A stretch of 64,000 nucleotides of DNA from Camelus ferus (Eukaryota), in contig NC_045707.1 in assembly GCF_009834535.1 (NCBI RefSeq), forward strand, positions 63,366,001 through 63,430,000, in the 5' to 3' direction. This document shows positions 10,469-24,229 of the stretch, in pieces; within the stretch, counting starts at the first letter, position 1, and the number at the start of each line of letters is the position of its first letter. Both the position numbers and the translations under genes were made by a program. The notes under the pieces are model-generated. The model made no database searches. It saw only the letters and a program-made list of their open reading frames with translations, and was not told where the DNA came from.

Positions 10469-10898
10469 TATTAAGAGTCTAAATATATCATTTTACTATA
10501 AATAGCATACTGTTAAATAGGTCACTTTTTTACATTTATATTAAGAACATGAAGTGCTAGACACTATTAAAACATAAAAAACAAATGATCATAATTTATA
10601 ACCATACAATGGTTGTGGAGTCTGGGGAAAAAAAAAACTTCCCTACGAAAAAACTACACAAAAATATTCAAACTACTAACTCTTTTGTAAATATAATCAG
10701 CGGCTTGATTAAATGAAACTTTATTTTTTTATTCCAGTGCCGTCTGTAGGAAAAAAGCAATGCACGTGATGTGAATTTTTTGCTTTATTAGCATATGAAG
10801 ATTTGGATGATCATTTCATGAAATTGATTTAATTCTCATGATAGAATTGATTTAGTGTAAAAGTTGCCTGTGATCTTTACTTTTGTCACTTTTCTCTT

Positions 10899-10916
10899 TA
10901 GTGCCACCTTGTGGGT
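10899..10916 (-). promoter_or_regulatory. Candidate CTCF site
   Basis: Minus strand ACCCACAAGGTGGCACTA closely matches the CTCF core CCASYAGRKGGCRSYA. Confidence 0.5.
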
Positions 10917-12420
10917 TAGCCAGTAACAATAAATACAGAGGGTTTTGAGTTGGGTTTTTTTTTCTTTCCCTATGCTGTGTTAAAGCTAGTCTTAGAAAGT
11001 AGTGTCATCAAACTCAGCTGTGAAGCAGTTTCTTTGTTTTCTCTGAGTAGCAGCCACTTCACTAGAAGATATTTGCCGTAATTCTGCAATTGGCCATTCC
11101 AGCTACCAGAACTATTTCTCAGTGATTGAAAATATTGGCGTCTACACAAAAATCGATGTTCATTTACAGGATAATCACCAAACTTATCTTGGATAACATC
11201 AGTGGTAGCCTCGAACTTGTGATTTTTTTCCATAAGAAAAATGTTTTCTTAACTCAGTATCATGATTTCTACAATAGTATCCCATGAGAATTAATTTTAG
11301 GTGATTCGAAACACTGCTTATTCCTGTTTAGGGAAAAAAAAAAAAGCCGTATCTGATTTAGTCGTGTTTGCGCTTACTACTAACACCAGACTGAATTTGC
11401 ATCGAGTTACCTTACTCAGCTTATTTTTTAATAATGATGCTGCAGTTATAAGGAAAAAAGGAAAAAGTCAGTATAGTAGGTCGGAAGGTCTCTTTTATTG
11501 GAGACACACAGGAAATATGTTATATTTTCCCTAACACCCTCCATATATTAAAGATGCTATAATAATCTTTTGAATGCCTAAACAAAAAAGAATAGTTTCT
11601 CCTCTTAAAAACCTAAACATTGTAGTTTTTTGCTAAGTTTTTTTGTGTTATGATGAAGAAATAAATCTTTGAATTGCATTTATAGAGTCATTTCACAGCA
11701 AGTGAAAATGTGTAATCTGGTCACTTTAAAAGTATAAACGTCCGTATCTGAACTTCTCCTGCCCTATTAGGAGTTGAAGGTTGTACCATGTGTTATTCAA
11801 AAAGTAATTTTCCCTGGATGTGCAATAAGGCCTCAGATGTGACCTCTAACCTGCATGTTATAAGCTATCAGTTATGTATGCTGGAAGCACACCAACAAGA
11901 GAAGAAAACTTTAAGTGTTGTTATAGGCTTGCTAAAATCTTAACACCGAACCAAGCAGCCAAAAGCTATCAGTATGTAAGGCTGCAAAAACTTAGAATTT
12001 AACTCCCTCGTCATTTTTAACTTGAACAAGTCTTTTACCTTGGCCCTAAAAGTAGCAGGCTGTGTTTCCCAGCTGAGGAAATGCGTTTTAATTATTAACT
12101 TTTGTACCCTGTGATATTTTAATTTCTCCATGCTATTATGATAGATATCCAGTTTCCCAAGGATCCGGTACAGGAGCAAATTAAAAGATGCCTTAAAATG
12201 GCAACATTCAATCTATAGTCCTCCATGGAAACTTTCCACAGCTACCATTGTAACAGGTCAGTGTTCTTAGAGTTTAACCAAAAAAAAAAAAAAAAAAAAA
12301 ACACACACTAGGGAAAGGGCTTTCTAATCTGGGGACCATGCAAAGTTGTGACCATTTTTCCACTTGGGCTTCACCTGCAGCTTATTAATAATAAAGGTGT
12401 GTCAATTTAACTACACTTCA

Positions 12421-12423
<3 letters not shown>

Positions 12424-12465
<42 letters not shown>
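12424..12465. repeat. (AAT)14 microsatellite
   Basis: Direct read. Confidence 0.95.
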
Positions 12466-12467
<2 letters not shown>

Positions 12468-15400
12468 ATCTTCTTTCAGTTTAAGCTGAATAAACTACTG
12501 TGTAATGCCACCTACCAGATTCCCTGGACATGTGCTACTGTTGACCGTGCAGGGTTTGCACTACATTCAAATAAGTGGTACCTCCATTTGCCACACATTT
12601 TAACTCCAGGGATGAATTTTAACCTTTCCTCATTTTTATGATATCAATGTAAAATATATGGGGTCTTTAAAACGGGTTACAAAGCAGCAAAACACATTTC
12701 ATATCTACTCCGTTACAGATTCCAAATTAAGCAGATCCTAATTAATTGGGTTACACTATTTAACAAGAGCCTTTCACTTTAACGTCAAAAGGCTTTTATG
12801 ATGTCTGTTCAGTTCCTCTTAAAGTGAGACTGAGCAAAATATTTTCTTGACATTTCTGAGAATTTCATTTTCAGTCTCAAAGGATCATTTATTCCTTTAA
12901 TCTTCTAATGCGAGAAAGTAATGAATATTTACTTTGTTTCCATTCATTTTTAGAAGCCCTCATCTTCAACTAGGTAAACTCAGGAAGTGATAACTATTAA
13001 TGTTCTCTTTTGTCTTCTAGACAGAAAATCAAAGCTGTTATTTAAGGTCAAAGATGTGTTTAAAATCAACGTGTGTCCACAAGTTAACATTAATGTTGAC
13101 AAACACTTTCCATGATCACTATATTCATTTTGGGTGGGTGGGTGTCTGCATCTATGTCTGTCTACCTATAAAGATATGGAGATGGATATAAATTGATGAG
13201 AGAGGTACACTGTGTTTCTACATGGTCTGAATAAGGGTGTGTGACTGTCGCCGTGCTAACCCGCAAGGTTATGAAGTGCACAGATAGTTCTCCGTGCCCC
13301 TCCTGCGTTTTCAGTGCAGGCTACCACGATAGCCAGATAAGCTGTGATATGATAGTCACCCAAATATATAATTCTAAAACCGTGATTTCAGGATCATTTC
13401 TTTACATCTATGCGATTTACCGATAGGAATTCTCTGTTTAACATTCAGAGCTCCATGGCGGTTCTCTCTTAAGTGTTCAGAGCAGGTGACTACCTTGCAG
13501 GTAGGATGCGCAAATAGTCAAGGTGCTAACGACACTGTAAAATACAGTCCGCATCATGAACTGAACAGAACGAGCCCTCAGATCTGATGGCCTAAGGCTC
13601 AAAATATGACACACCTCAGACCTCCCGGCAAGTTGAAATTGCTTGAAAAGAAGAGAGTGAACTGTGGTCCTCACCTTCGCATCGTTTCGCCAGCCTTCCT
13701 ATCCCTGCCGGCCTGAGAGGGGAGCTTCTGCTCCATAGACAGACTGCCAACAGCAGAGCTTCACCTCCTGTCACTTTCTACAATTCCAGAACTGATCAGG
13801 CCTGAGGAATTTTATCTTCTAGTTGTTCCACTGTGAACCGACTTAATTAGATTTTTCCCAAAGTGCAACATTCTCCAATTCTTTCTCAGGAGGGCAGATT
13901 GAGGAGGCACAGAATCAGGTCCAAGCAAAGTGAATTTTTTTTTTAATTAATTCAAACAATGATGCCATGAAAAAGCACTTTGAATTTTTCAATTCCCAGG
14001 CAATTGGTTCTAACAAGAAAAACATTCTAAATGACCCACATGCCTTCATTTATTAGTCTAGAGCTCGTGCCCCAGCAATTATTTGCAGAGGTAATATATA
14101 GAACATCATGGTGATTTAGTTGCTATTCTAATACTTTTTTGCCCACAAACTATAGAACTGAAAGCGTGTCAGAAAAGAGAAGTGACTGTAAGAGAAGGCT
14201 TTCTGATAAACAAGAGAGTATGTAAAAGTAAAGGGGAAAAGAGCCAAAATCCACTTTATAAAAAAAAAAATCAAATTCTGCAGAAGGTGAACATCACAGA
14301 CGTCATTGCTTACTTATTGATAACAACTTAAGAGTAACCTAGAATTTCTCCCTAATCTTCAAAATATATTTCTGCCCATCACAGAGTCTCCTGGGGAGAA
14401 GTGTCTCATGAAACCATCACCTGATTTTGTAAAGTCCAGGCAACGTTAAACAAAACTGGATACTCTTCATTCACCCAATAGCCATTCAAAAATGTTATAG
14501 ATAATGAACAGTAAATAAAACAAGTTAACAGTGCTTCAACTGATAGATGATTTTCACATCCTTTGGAATCCAGTCCAGGACCACCAAGATCTAGAGAAAT
14601 ACAACAGCCACTAGGCATTTTTTTTTCCCTCGGAAAACCATCACCTACTTCCTTGGTAGTTATTCAATGACTCAGGAAGGGGAGGGAGGAACCTAAAATT
14701 CTTATGTAAATCCTTCTTAAATTTTGCCTTTCGACATACCGTATTGCATGAAATGGATCTTAAACGAGTAGTATATAGAAATTACTTTCCAACTTTATAA
14801 ATTGATACCGACTTTATGGAAAGCAGTATTAGCAACAGCTATCAAAGTTCCCAAATCTAAAAACTGTCACCAGACTTCTGAGCTATCCTGTATTGTAACC
14901 GCTGGCACGACTCTCCCACTGGAACAAACGCTTCTTCAGGGCAGGAAACATGTGTATTCATTTATATCCCTGCAAAGCAAGAACGTCTCTGGGATATACT
15001 GAGTTCTTAATAAGTTTACGGTGATGAGTGAATGGTCCATTCAGTATTTGTCAGCAACTTCTTGGCCCTTATTTCTTCTTTCTCTGGTTCAGGACTTCTC
15101 CCGTCCTCCCTCCCCACCCAGCACTCCTTGGCCTCCATGACTGGTGGGGGTGCTCTTCAGCGTGGCCTCCTATGGATGGCCCCTACTGGAGTTGGTCCTA
15201 GAACCAAGACCCTGCTCTTTCCTCCCCTGGCCTAGAACCATGGCATCTGAGTATTTGATGAAAGCCTTTTTATCTGCGTTTTTAGAGGGAATGAACTAAC
15301 AAACGAAAACTACATCATTTCCCTGAATAAGCCAGTAGTAAGTAGGTAAGATCTAGAGTCAGCATCTGATCCTCTCAGCTTCAGTTTTGGAGACCAAAGT

Positions 15401-15834
15401 GACATGTCCTCCCAGAGGGAGAATTTGACTAGGTGTTGAGACAGTTTAGGCCTCAAGGCGTCATACTTTACCCAGGAGTGAGATTCTGCAGTTGGCTTAC
15501 AAAGTCAGAAGCACCTGTGGTCAAATTCTCCCTTGGAAATTTCCCTAACCTGCCCACAAAAGGCAGTAAACTGTGGCTTGGGGTCCCATTTCCTATGCAG
15601 AGCAGTATGCACATAAAGATGTAAGTACAAAGCATGTGCAGAATATACAATATTCACTTACATTGAATTTGACTAAATCAAGCATCCATATGTGTTTTAA
15701 TAACACTGTGTTTCTATGATGCCAAGATAGCCAGTTAATGCAGAAAGTTCCGTTAAAAATGATGGCAACGCCTGCCTGCCCTTCTTTGCAGCAGGCAGGT
15801 GGTGTTGGATCACTGAACCAGAATCGAAAGAGTA

Positions 15835-16605
15835 GATATAAACATATGGTTTTACAGGTATGGATTTACATATAGATATTTAAATGCAGGTGCATGTGTA
15901 CACATATGTGTGTGTGTCTGTGTCCACTGAGGGCCCCTGAGTAGCAATGAGTAAACTTAACACCCAAGTCTTGGCTGCTAAATACATCTTTTCAGGGCTT
16001 ACTGGAGATTCTAGAGGTGGGTCGAGGAAAGAATTAGATGAGCTTTGAACATGCTCGTGTGCCAGAAAATAAAGAAGTTCTCAAAAGAATGATGGGGACA
16101 CGACCAAAGAACACATGAGCTGCCCTGAAGGAGCTCCCACTGACCAAATCTGGAACAATCTGAGCATCAAAATAAGTATTAAGGGTAATGGATTATAACC
16201 TACTGCGTAAAATGCAATCCATGAATGCATACTGATATAATAAGGAAGTAGATGAACAGATAGAAAGCAAACCTCTTTCTTAGATGAGAATTCCAACTAA
16301 TAAATAGGAAAGGAATTCAGGCAAGATACATCAATGAATGCCAAAATTAGTGGGTGAAAGTAAGATGAGGAAGGATTTTACAGTCTCAAAGTCTCTTTCT
16401 ATAAAATGTCTAATTACAAAGGAAAAGAAAAATTCACTTTACAGTGGAGACACCCTACCAGACACCCTCTGAATCAAGTGTTCAAAGACAAGAGCACCAG
16501 TAATGGGACAAATCAGTGTCATCTGCCACCTGGTAGGACACAGTGAGAACACAACATCGCTTCTCTAATATCTCAGCAAAAAAAGTATATATATTATATA
16601 TATAC

Positions 16606-16637
<32 letters not shown>

Positions 16638-16936
16638 ACCTGGTTATAATCAAGAGGAAATATTAAACAAAGAGAAATGTAGAAAGTTTCCATACAATAA
16701 CTGACCTTCCAAAATGTCAAGGTCATGAAAGTCAAGTGGACTGAGGGAGTCTTCTAGACTGAAGGAAGCTGGGGAGATATGACAGTTGAATACAGTGTAT
16801 GGTTGTGAACTGGACCTTTTTTTCAGGAGGACGTCGGTGAATCTGGGAGAAGGGTACTCAGGAGTTTGTCATGCTAGTGATGCAACTTTCTTGAGAGTTG
16901 GAAATTATTTGAAAATAAAATGTTAAAAAAAAAAAA
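15835..16936 (+). mobile_element. Old L1 (L1MC-like) 3' UTR remnant with embedded (TA)n
   Basis: Typical L1MC 3' phrases (GGAGCTCCCACTGACCAAATCTGGAACAAT; AAAATGTCAAGGTCATGAAAG; TGCAACTTTCTTGAGAGTTGGAAATTATTT) and an A tail. Confidence 0.7.
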
Positions 16937-17926
16937 CCACTCTCCACTCCCATTAGTACTCTTTTAAACTTCCAAAGCACAGCTCTAAAGTTATGTGGTT
17001 GAAAAACAGTAAGAGCATCAGGAAAGTGACAACAAAGAAGAACTAATCAGAGGATGTCAACCAACCCGTTTTTTTTCACAACCCTTTTGGGTTTTTATCC
17101 ACTCTCCTGGTATCCTGGAGGCACCAGCTTTGCTTATTCACAACTTTCTCTTCACATTCTCCATGCACCCATTTTAAACACAGCAAAAGACCTTTTGAGA
17201 ATACCGTCTACAACTACCTTTCTCTTTCTCTTTCATTTTCTTCCTCCCTTTCTTCTTTATTTATTTTAGGAGCAGCATCCATCCTACTGGGAGAAATGAT
17301 TCTAAACATAAAATCCCTTGCTTTACCCTGCCCACGCCCATGGCACAGTAGCATCTGATGGAACAGAGGGAAAAAGAATCACTGCACACTTAGCATCGTC
17401 CCCCCTCCTCATCCCCCAGCAGGCTTCACACTCCTTCTTCATCACCCTTTTCCTTCTTTCTTCTCTGGACCAGGGATGTAAAACCGTTCTTGAAATTAAT
17501 TAAACAGAAGTGGCTCTCCATCAATTGTGCTTGCCTTGTAATCTAAAGTACTCAAACCTCTCACTTAAAACATAAAAAAAAAAAAGGGAAGGAAATCAGG
17601 ACTGTAAACAACCCCCTTTTTAACTGTTTTTTTCACCTTTTAAACCATCTTCCCCTGCATCGAGTAAGGGCTGAGCAACAGTCTGCCACTCTAAACACAC
17701 CTATCAGCAGTGTGAGAAATTGTTAAAAGAGAAGAAACTTTAGAAGATCTAGATTCAAATTACCTTGACTACAATTAAAATAATCAGAAGCATCTTAGAA
17801 ACGATGGCCCCAAGTTATATTTGGAGAGATATTTTAGTTCTCTAGCCAGAATCTGCCTCACAGAAACTTGGGAAATACGCTGTTAGAAAGCCTGGTGCTT
17901 TCCTCCTTATAATCACTCTGATTCAT

Positions 17927-18090
17927 GATAATAATGGTGATGGTGATGATGATGACGATGATGATGATGATGGTGATTATGATGACAATGGTGATGGTGG
18001 TGGTGATGGTGATGATGATGGTGGTGGTGATGACGATGACGATGGTGGTGGTGGTGGTGACGGTGGTGGGCAGTGGAGGTGGTGATGATA
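17927..18090. repeat. Compound (TGA/TGG)n trinucleotide repeat
   Basis: ~160 bp of GAT/GGT/GAC units; produces spurious poly-M/V, poly-H and poly-T/I ORFs. Confidence 0.95.
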
Positions 18091-18539
18091 AAAACAAAGC
18101 AACTAGGCAGCACTATTTGTGGCATCATGAAAACCACTGCCCATACCTTCATGCCCTTTGAGATCTCTAAAGTCAAGAAGTATTGCAACTTGGACTACAT
18201 ACCACGTTCTTGGTCATTTCACGTGATGCAATGTTCACACATAGTTGGTGTGAATGCTGTGACTTGACTGCATCCAGGGGAACCATTCTCAGGAAGCCAC
18301 ATCTCTGTGCAGATGAGGATCCTGAGTCTCTGTTCTTCTGACCCAGGATGTGCCCCACAGTTCTCAAAGGATTATAGCTCTTCTGAGATATTCCTGGGTA
18401 CCACAGGGAAGGGGCTGGGATATGTTCCCCAGACTTACAGCGATCTCTCCTCAGCATAGCCACTGGTGCAAGCATTAGATCACAAGGTTTCCTTTCTGAA
18501 ACTTGCCCCAAAGTTATTAGCCTTGTTTTTTACGTATGT

Positions 18540-20760
18540 ATTTATCTATTCACTTACTCAGCAAATATTTATTAAGAAACAGCTACGTGCAAGGTTCTGT
18601 TCTTGGTATAGTGAACAAGACTCATTAAAAATCTTGACCTCACATGGTTCTTATTCTAATAGAAGAGAGAAGCAATGAAAAAAATTTTAAGTTAAAAAAA
18701 AAAAGAGAAGAGAAGAGATAGAATGCTGGGCCCACAAAGATGAGTTACAATATTAAATACGGCAGGAAAGCCTCACATTTGAACAAAGCGAGATGTATAA
18801 ATAACTGAGGGAGATGGAACCGCAAGAGCAAAGGCCCTGAGGCAGGAATGTGGCTGGTATGTCTCAGATGAAGCAGGAAGCCCTGTGTGGCTAGAGTGGA
18901 GTAAGTGAGGGAGAGAAGAAAAAGAGGTGGGATCGGAAATGTAATGTGGAAGCGAGATTGTATACAGTTTTGTGTGCTATTATTAAGATTTTAGCTTTTA
19001 TTCTGAGAGTGATGGGAAAGCATTGGAAAGTTCTGAGCTGAGGCTTGACATAATCTGTTGTGAAAAAGATGACTGTGGCTTAGACCAGGATGGCAGCCGC
19101 AGAGGTGGTGAGGAGTGACTGGGTGCTGCTGAAGGATGGAACATGGGTACCCGTGAGCCACCTCAAGGTTGATGCCGTGATGCTTCATCTGAGAAACTAG
19201 AAGTTGGAATTAACATTGATTGACATCACAAAGGCTTGGGGAAATACAAGATCAAGATTTTTCTGTCTGTCTTGCTGATAGTCAAGAATATATGGTTCAA
19301 GAATTGGTCATTATATTTGGCAAGTATCACAGCCATTGGTGACCTTCACGTGAACAGGCTCAGGAGAGAGCCAGCAGCAAAAGCCTAATTCAAGAGCAGA
19401 TGAGTTTCGAACTCTAATTTGAAAAGACACCTGCACCCCAATGTTCTCAGCAGCACAATTTACAACAGCCAAGACGCAGAAACAACCTGAATGCCCATTG
19501 ATGGATGACTGGGTCAAGAAGTTGTGATACATTTACACAACAGAATACTACTCCACCATAAAAAAGAATAAAATAATGTCATTTGCAGCAACATAGATGG
19601 ACCTGGCGATCGTCATTCTAAGTGAAGTAAGCCCGAAAGAGAAAGAAAAATACCATATGTGATCGCTCTTATGTGGAATCTGAAAAAAAAAAGACACAAC
19701 TGAACTTATTTACAAAACAGAAACAGACTCACAGACATAGAAAACAAACTCAGGGGGAAAAGGAAGTGGGAAGGGATAAATTGGGAGCTCAAGATTTGCA
19801 GATATTAACTACTATATATAAAATAGACAAACAACAAGTTTCTGCCGGATAGCACAGGGGACTATCATCAATACTTCTAAGAGCCTATAATGAAAAAAAA
19901 AAAAAAAAAGCAAATAGGAAGAAAGCAGTGGGAAGTGGTGAATACAGGCAAATATTTCCAGTGTTCTTCTGTAAAAGGTGGTAGAGAATTGGGGCATCAT
20001 CCAGAAGAGGTTATAGGATTAAGAAAAGGGGTTTTTTTCCCAGGGAAGACAGGTTGGAGTGCATTATAGCATACTAACATGCTGATGGGAACGATCCAGT
20101 CAGAGAGAAAGTCTTCCTGCAGGAGAGAAAGGGAAGGGTTGCTGGAGTTTTGCCCTAGAATGGGTGTGGAGGGGTGGGTTCCAGGAGTAAAGGGGTGGGC
20201 CTCTGTTTGAGGACAGTTTATTTATAGGAACCAGCAGGAAGATGGTTAAGGGGGTACGTGTGTTAATAGGATGCTGGTGAAAATTTGCTCTCAATTGTTT
20301 CTATTTTCCCAGTGAAAACAGGAAGCAAGGTCATCAGCTGAGTAAAGATGGGTAAAAAGGTGTCAAAGGTTTCAGAAATAAATTTTTAAAAATATGCTAT
20401 GAGAGGATGAATACATAGAAAACAGAAAATGGAAAAGTTGGGGCTTTGAGATTATTGGACCAAAGAGCCCACATGACATTACTGGACACAAATTTAAAGT
20501 TTTTTTGAAGCTCCTCTCTGCCATGTGGGTGCGAGCCTGGGGTTGTTGGAGGCTTGGATTTAATAGGATTCAGAGTCAGGCAGCTGCAGTGGAGGCAGAG
20601 CGGGTCAAGGCGGACAAAGGGCATTGACAAGGGAGCAATTTTGAATACGGACCCTGGAATCACAGATGGGAGGGAGGAAAATGAGGACATGAAGGCTAAG
20701 GGCAGCGAGAATCAGGTAGAATGAACAGATTGTAGGTCCCTGTAAAGTTGAAGAAAGATT
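18540..20760 (-). mobile_element. L2 remnant interrupted by an L1 3' fragment
   Basis: Reverse L2 3' end (ATTCACTTACTCAGCAAATATTTATT), GCAAAGGCCCTGAGGCAGGAATG, and GGAAGCAAGGTCATCAGCTGAG after the L1. Confidence 0.7.
19409..19909 (+). mobile_element. 5'-truncated artiodactyl-type L1 3' fragment
   Basis: ORF2 C-terminal DNA (ACCTGCACCCCAATGTTC...GCAGCAACATAGATGGAC), 3' UTR AGACTCACAGACATAGAAAACAAAC, ends in an A-run. Confidence 0.85.
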
Positions 20761-20954
20761 ACTGCTTAATGTTAATGATTGAAATGAAGGTACTGCACTA
20801 AAGGCACCGTGAATCCCAGACAGCAGTGGCTCTCACGTCTTAATAGGAAATTCATTCCCTTTGCTCCAGAACTCAAACATATATGCATCCTTTCCTATGC
20901 TGTCATTTGTAAAGAATTCATACGTATCATGGACTAGAACTCAGCAGTTTAAAA

Positions 20955-21500
20955 CAATGAACTACTGACACACACACCAGGATGAATCTCCAGGGAATTA
21001 TGCTGAGCGAAAAACTTGATCCCAAGAGGTTGCACGCTGTATGATTTCATGTCTGCAATGTGCATTAAACGATAAAATTATAGAGATGAAGAACTGATTC
21101 GTGGCTCCCAGGAGTCATGTGCAAGGGTAAGGGCAAGCAGGAGGGAGGTGGGCACAGATACGTAAGAGCAAATAAGGGATCTTTGTGCTGATGGGGCTGT
21201 TTTGTGTCTTGACGGGTGGCGGTCACGTGCATCTACACATGGAACAAAATCATATAGAACTAAATACACACACACACACACACACTCAGATGAGTGAGTG
21301 TAAAACGGGTGAAATCTGAACGAAGTAGATTGCACTCGGTGTCAGTTTTCCAGCTCTGGTAATACTACAGTTATCTAAAATGTTCATATTTGGGGAAACT
21401 GGGTGATGGGGAGACTGGGTGATAGCGATACTGGATCCTTCTGCATTGTTTTTGTATTACCGCACGTGAATCTCAATTATCTCAAAATAAAAAGGTAACT
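20955..21500 (+). mobile_element. Old L1 (L1MC/MD-like) 3' end with (CA)n
   Basis: GGATGAATCTCCAGGGAATTATGCTGAG...CATATAGAACTAAATACACACAC...ATTATCTCAAAATAAAAAG. Confidence 0.75.
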
Positions 21501-22197
21501 AAATAAGTTATAATGAGAGCGAGCGAGCGAGCGAGAGAGGCTTTCCTATGAAGAAGAGGTCATTTGAGCGATCTTATGCCTTAGAAAGGGAAGGCATGCA
21601 ATAAAAATCAAACAATTTTAAGTCTGCAACTTATATTAAAAAGTCACAGACCATTTTGGGCAAAAGTGAAAGAAATAAAAACAGCAGCAAACATTTTTAG
21701 CTTTAACATTAATCTTTTAGACTATCTCTGGCCTTTTCTCTGGCTAAAAGGAAAAAAAATCTTCAGATCCACGCTGAAGCCTTTCTTAGACTGAGAAGCC
21801 TCTGATACCTTTTCAAAGCAGCTTAGTGTCACACATTCTTGGAGTTATCTTCTAAGAGTCTGTTTGCAACTTACTAGGGAAAAAAAAAATGTGTTGCCTT
21901 CTGACCATGCACAATGAATTCTCATTTTATCCAGCTCCAAATTACTCTCTGACCTTTAGCATAACAGAGAAAGATTTTTCAGACCCTTACAATCCATAAA
22001 AGCAAAATTTAGATGAGAGGAAACAACCTCAAAGCTCAATGATCTGACTACCCAGACCAGTGTGACCTCCTACCGTCTTCCACTGCCTTTCGCAGAGCTG
22101 AGCCAGGACTGACATTTCTACATCCTAACCCGCAAGCCCCTAATGATCTCATTCATCTCTGAACTTTTATAACATTTGTTACGTATACTAATGTGTT

Positions 22198-23260
22198 TTT
22201 TTAATTGAGGCATACTTATATGCAATAAAAAGCCCTCGTTTTAAGTGTAAGTTTGATGCATGTTGAAAAATGAATTCACTCCTGTATAACCATCATAATT
22301 AAATTATAGAACATTTCCACCACCCCTAAGAAGTTCCCTTGGCCTCTTTCTCCAGCCCTCAGCCTCAGGTAATCATTCCTTTCCTTTGCATCCCTATAGA
22401 TTAGTTTTGTCTTTTCTAAAATTTTACTGAAATAAAAGTGTGTATTCTTTTGTATCTGGCTTTAACTCAGCATGCTGTTTTTTGATATTTGTCTCTGCAA
22501 TAGTGTGTATTTGTAATTATTTTTATTCTATTAAACATTTATAGTGTATCCACTCACCTGTGGACATTTGGATTATTTTTAGTTGTGGACTTTTACAAAT
22601 AAATCTGCTGTGGATAGTCACGTCCAAGTCCTCTGTGTGCAGTCATATGCTTTTATTTCTCTTGGGTAGGTAAGTGGAAATGGAATGGCTCCTGGGATCA
22701 AACAGTAGATGTATATTTTACTGTATAAGGAACTGCCAGACTATTTCACATTCCCACCAGCAACATGTGAGAGTTCCAGTGTTCCATATTCTTACTAACA
22801 CTTGCTTAGTCTTTTTAATTTTACTCATTCCAGTGGGCATATAGTGGTATGTCATGTGGTTCTAAGTCGCATTTCCCTGATAACGTATAGTGTTGAAATC
22901 TTTTTATGTCCTTATTAACCTTCATGTATCTTCTTTTATGAAGTGCCTGCTTAAATCTTTTTGCTCATTTTTTAAAATTGGATTGTTTGTCTTATTATCA
23001 GATTTATATATTCTGGATAAAAGCTTTTGTCAGGTGCACATATTATAAATATTACCTCCCAATCCATGGCTTACTTTTTCATTTTACTTAAAGTGAAGTA
23101 AGGATCAGAAGTTTCTGATCTTTTGAAGATCAGAAGTTTCCATTTTAATAAGATCCAATTGATCATTTTAAAAATCTTATGATTGGTGCTTTTAGTGTCT
23201 TGCCTATGAAATGTTTGCCCCTGAAGGGCACTAAGACTTCCTCCTATGTTTTTTTTCTAG
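22198..23260 (-). mobile_element. Old L1 ORF2 3' region and 3' UTR remnant
   Basis: CATTCCCACCAGCAACATGTGAGAGTTCCAGT and GCATTTCCCTGAT are reverse-strand L1 hallmarks. Confidence 0.8.
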
Positions 23261-24229
23261 ACATTTATAGTTTTATCTTTTCTATTTAAGTGGATAATGC
23301 CCACTAATTCTCTTTTGATTTAAAAACAATAATAAAAGCCAGAACCCAACTCCCTCTGTCTCCACTAATATTAAATTTATTTAAATTGAACTTATTAGTG
23401 ATTTAGTGTTTTATTTTAAAACCCAACGAATTACCATCAATGTAATGAATAAGAATATCTATTAAAGAGGATTCCAAATATATCAACTGCTTAGTTTCTT
23501 AGCAGAACATCCGTATTTCACACGTACAAAGGTAAAAGCGTTAACTATAAGAATTTCCACCCTCATCATGCTCTTACCAAGAACTACATCTCTGGTTCTG
23601 TCTTTATTCTTGAAATGCCTGTAGCTCAATAGATCTTACAAAGAGAGGTGACCAAAGGAGAACCCAATAAGAATACTTGAAGAGCTGGGGGGAAATCATA
23701 CAACTAGTAAATTCTAAAGCTGCTTTTACTCTTCTTCTTCCCTCCTAGTCTAATATATTTCCAGTGATTTATCCTCTGAAATGGATGGCCTCAGGAGACG
23801 TCAGAGGGAGCTTCATAAAGACTTAGGAAAAATATCTTATAATATTGATTCACTTTTTAATGTAAGCGATGTGAAAATACATATGAATAAGCATTTTACT
23901 CTGATTTAAATATTCAGTTCCATTAGTTTTACAATATATAGCCATGCCTAGATAGACAGACAGCCAGATAAATACCAGTGGTCTATACCTAATGAAAATG
24001 AGGTTCCAGAACACCATTCTGATATCTGCAAGTTCTGCAAAAGAGGTTCTTGAAATTGCTCTGGCCCATGTTTCGCACCAAATAACCCCAGTCTACACAA
24101 TATGACCTAGTATTGAATTGTAATTATTTAAATGTCTTTTAAATGGTTTTGTGCTTGCAGTGTTCTCCATATAATCCTAAAGTCGATTTTGAGTGTCTAC
24201 AATGCAAAAGACACCATGTTGTGTTCTAT

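Noticed and set aside
16521..16540. CTCF-like CCTACCAGGTGGCAG on the minus strand
   Set aside because: Imperfect core embedded in an old L1 3' UTR; no independent support.
17858..18188. Poly-His, poly-Met/Val and poly-Thr/Ile ORFs
   Set aside because: Translations of a trinucleotide microsatellite.
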